Program-made: the position numbers and the translations under genes
Assembly: GCA_016212425.1 (NCBI GenBank)
Contig: JACRGJ010000080.1
Coordinates: 23,633 to 47,632, forward strand
From: Micrococcales bacterium
GTDB lineage: Bacteria > Actinomycetota > Actinomycetes > Actinomycetales > Microbacteriaceae
Direction: 5' to 3'
DNA length: 24,000 nucleotides
Notes under the pieces: model-generated
What the model was told of the DNA's origin: nothing
What the model saw: only the letters and a program-made list of their open reading frames with translations
The model's database searches: none
Shown: positions 22,691 to 24,000 of the stretch, one piece after another
How the letters are laid out: each line of letters starts with the position of its first letter
Position numbering within the stretch: position 1 is the stretch's first letter

Positions 22691-24000
22691 ATGCACATCG
22701 CCATCGTCGGCGGAAGCGACGCCGGCATCTCGGCCGCTCTCCGCGCCCGCGAGCTCGACCCCGGCGCCGAGGTCACGGTCGTCGTGGCCGACCGCTACCC
22801 CAATTTCTCCATCTGCGGCATCCCGTACTACTTCTCCGGGGACGTGCGCCCGTGGCAATCGCTCGCACATCGCACCACGGCCGATCTCGAAGCCACCGGG
22901 ATGAGACTTCGGCTCGACACCACCGCCACCCGCATCGACGTCCCCGGGCAGACCCTCGAGGTTCGCGACGCCGCCGGCCTGAACTCGCGGATCGGCTACG
23001 ACCAGCTGATCGTGGGCACCGGTGCCACCCCGTCCACGGCGGGCATCGTCGGCCTCGATCGGCTCGGACCGGATGAGGGCGTCCACGTGCTGCACACGAT
23101 GGGCGACACCTTCGCCCTCGATCGCCACTTGGACGAGCGCGCGCCTCGGTCGGCGATCATCATCGGGGCCGGCTACGTGGGGCTCGAGATGGCGGAGGGG
23201 CTCTCGGTCCGCGGCATCCGCGTCACCCAGTTGCAACGCGGGCCCGAGGTGCTCTCGACCCTCGACCCGGAGCTGGGATCGCTCGTGCGGGATGAGTTGA
23301 CGAGCCACGGGGTCGAGGTCATCACCGGCTCGACGGTGGCGTCGGTGAGCTCCTCGGAACGGGGGCTGGTGGTCTCCGGAACCCGCGACGGGGAGCCGTT
23401 CGAGCGGACGGCCGACCTCGTGCTGGCCGTGGTCGGGGTTCAGCCCAACACCCGCCTGCTGCTCGAGGCCGGCGCCCGGCTGGGGGCCGGAAGAGCCGTC
23501 GTCGAGGACGAGTCGATGCGCACCGGGCTTCCGCGCGTGTGGGCGGCGGGGGACGGGGTGGTGACGCACCACCGTCTGCTGGGACAGACCTACCTGCCGC
23601 TGGGGACGACCTCGCACAAGCAGGGCCGCGTGGCCGGGGAGAACGCGCTCGGCGGGTCCGCGCGGTTCGCCGGCAGCATCGGGACTCAGGTCGTCAAGGT
23701 CTTCGACCTCGTCGCCCGCCGCACCGGCCTCGTCGCGCAGGACGCGATCGCCGGCGGCTTCGACCCGCTGACCGTCGCGGCGCAGGCCGACGATCACAAG
23801 GCGTACTTCCCGGGCGCACACCCGATCCGCATCCGGATCACGGGGGACAGCGGGAGCGGGCGCCTTCTCGGGGCGCAGCTGGTCGGCCGCTACGGCACCG
23901 AGGTGGCCAAGCGCGTCGACACCTTCGCGACGGCGATCCACAACGGGATGAGCGTCGACTCGGTGAGCGACCTTGACCTCTCCTACACGCCGCCTCTCGG
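22691..24000 (+). CDS. FAD-dependent pyridine nucleotide-disulfide oxidoreductase (CoA-disulfide reductase / NADH oxidase family), 3' end off window
   Basis: Hand translation from ATG 22691 gives MHIAIVGGSDAGISAALRAREL...NFSICGIPYYFSG (single redox Cys motif of the Nox/CoADR family) ...IIIGAGYVGLEMAE (NAD(P)H GxGxxG) ...RVWAAGDG... The frame stays open to the window end, so it is absent from the ORF track. The 22622..23941 minus ORF is its antisense shadow. Confidence 0.85.
   Translation, partial: MHIAIVGGSDAGISAALRARELDPGAEVTVVVADRYPNFSICGIPYYFSGDVRPWQSLAHRTTADLEATGMRLRLDTTATRIDVPGQTLEVRDAAGLNSRIGYDQLIVGTGATPSTAGIVGLDRLGPDEGVHVLHTMGDTFALDRHLDERAPRSAIIIGAGYVGLEMAEGLSVRGIRVTQLQRGPEVLSTLDPELGSLVRDELTSHGVEVITGSTVASVSSSERGLVVSGTRDGEPFERTADLVLAVVGVQPNTRLLLEAGARLGAGRAVVEDESMRTGLPRVWAAGDGVVTHHRLLGQTYLPLGTTSHKQGRVAGENALGGSARFAGSIGTQVVKVFDLVARRTGLVAQDAIAGGFDPLTVAAQADDHKAYFPGAHPIRIRITGDSGSGRLLGAQLVGRYGTEVAKRVDTFATAIHNGMSVDSVSDLDLSYTPPL

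Noticed and set aside
21904-23941. Minus ORFs 21904..22776 (290 aa) and 22622..23941 (439 aa), and plus ORF 21909..22904 (331 aa)
   Set aside because: They are antisense or off-frame shadows of the MIP channel and the flavoprotein oxidoreductase. The ATG at 21909 opens the wrong frame, whereas the NPA-box protein reads from ATG 21919.

Overview
This is a very GC-rich actinobacterial (Micrococcales-like) chromosomal segment with three parts.

(1) Positions 1-13.5 kb are a minus-strand housekeeping block. It holds an Rv2578c-type radical SAM gene with a perfect actinobacterial LexA box at its start, then mqo, asd, lysC/ask (with a nested beta-subunit start), a HAD-IIB hydrolase, recR, dnaX, a small hairpin-terminated ORF, SRP RNA (ffs), ackA and pta.

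(2) tRNA-Ser(GGA) at 13609-13693 is the integration site of a ~6.8 kb element (13681-20472). The element is bounded by a 14-bp direct repeat of the tRNA 3' end. It carries a tyrosine integrase, a Vsr endonuclease, three uncharacterised ORFs behind an AT-rich leader, a HUH rolling-circle Rep, an HNH nuclease and a C5 cytosine methyltransferase. It has no transfer gene and no recognisable excisionase.

(3) Positions 20.5-24 kb are an arsenic cluster: an N-terminally extended ArsC, an ArsR-LMWPTP fusion, and, divergently, a MIP/AqpS-like channel and a CoADR/Nox-type flavoprotein.

The most interesting region is the small integrase+Rep element and its cargo: a split Vsr / HNH / Dcm module plus unknown genes. 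All calls rest on reading the ORF translations and the DNA by eye. No database search was possible.
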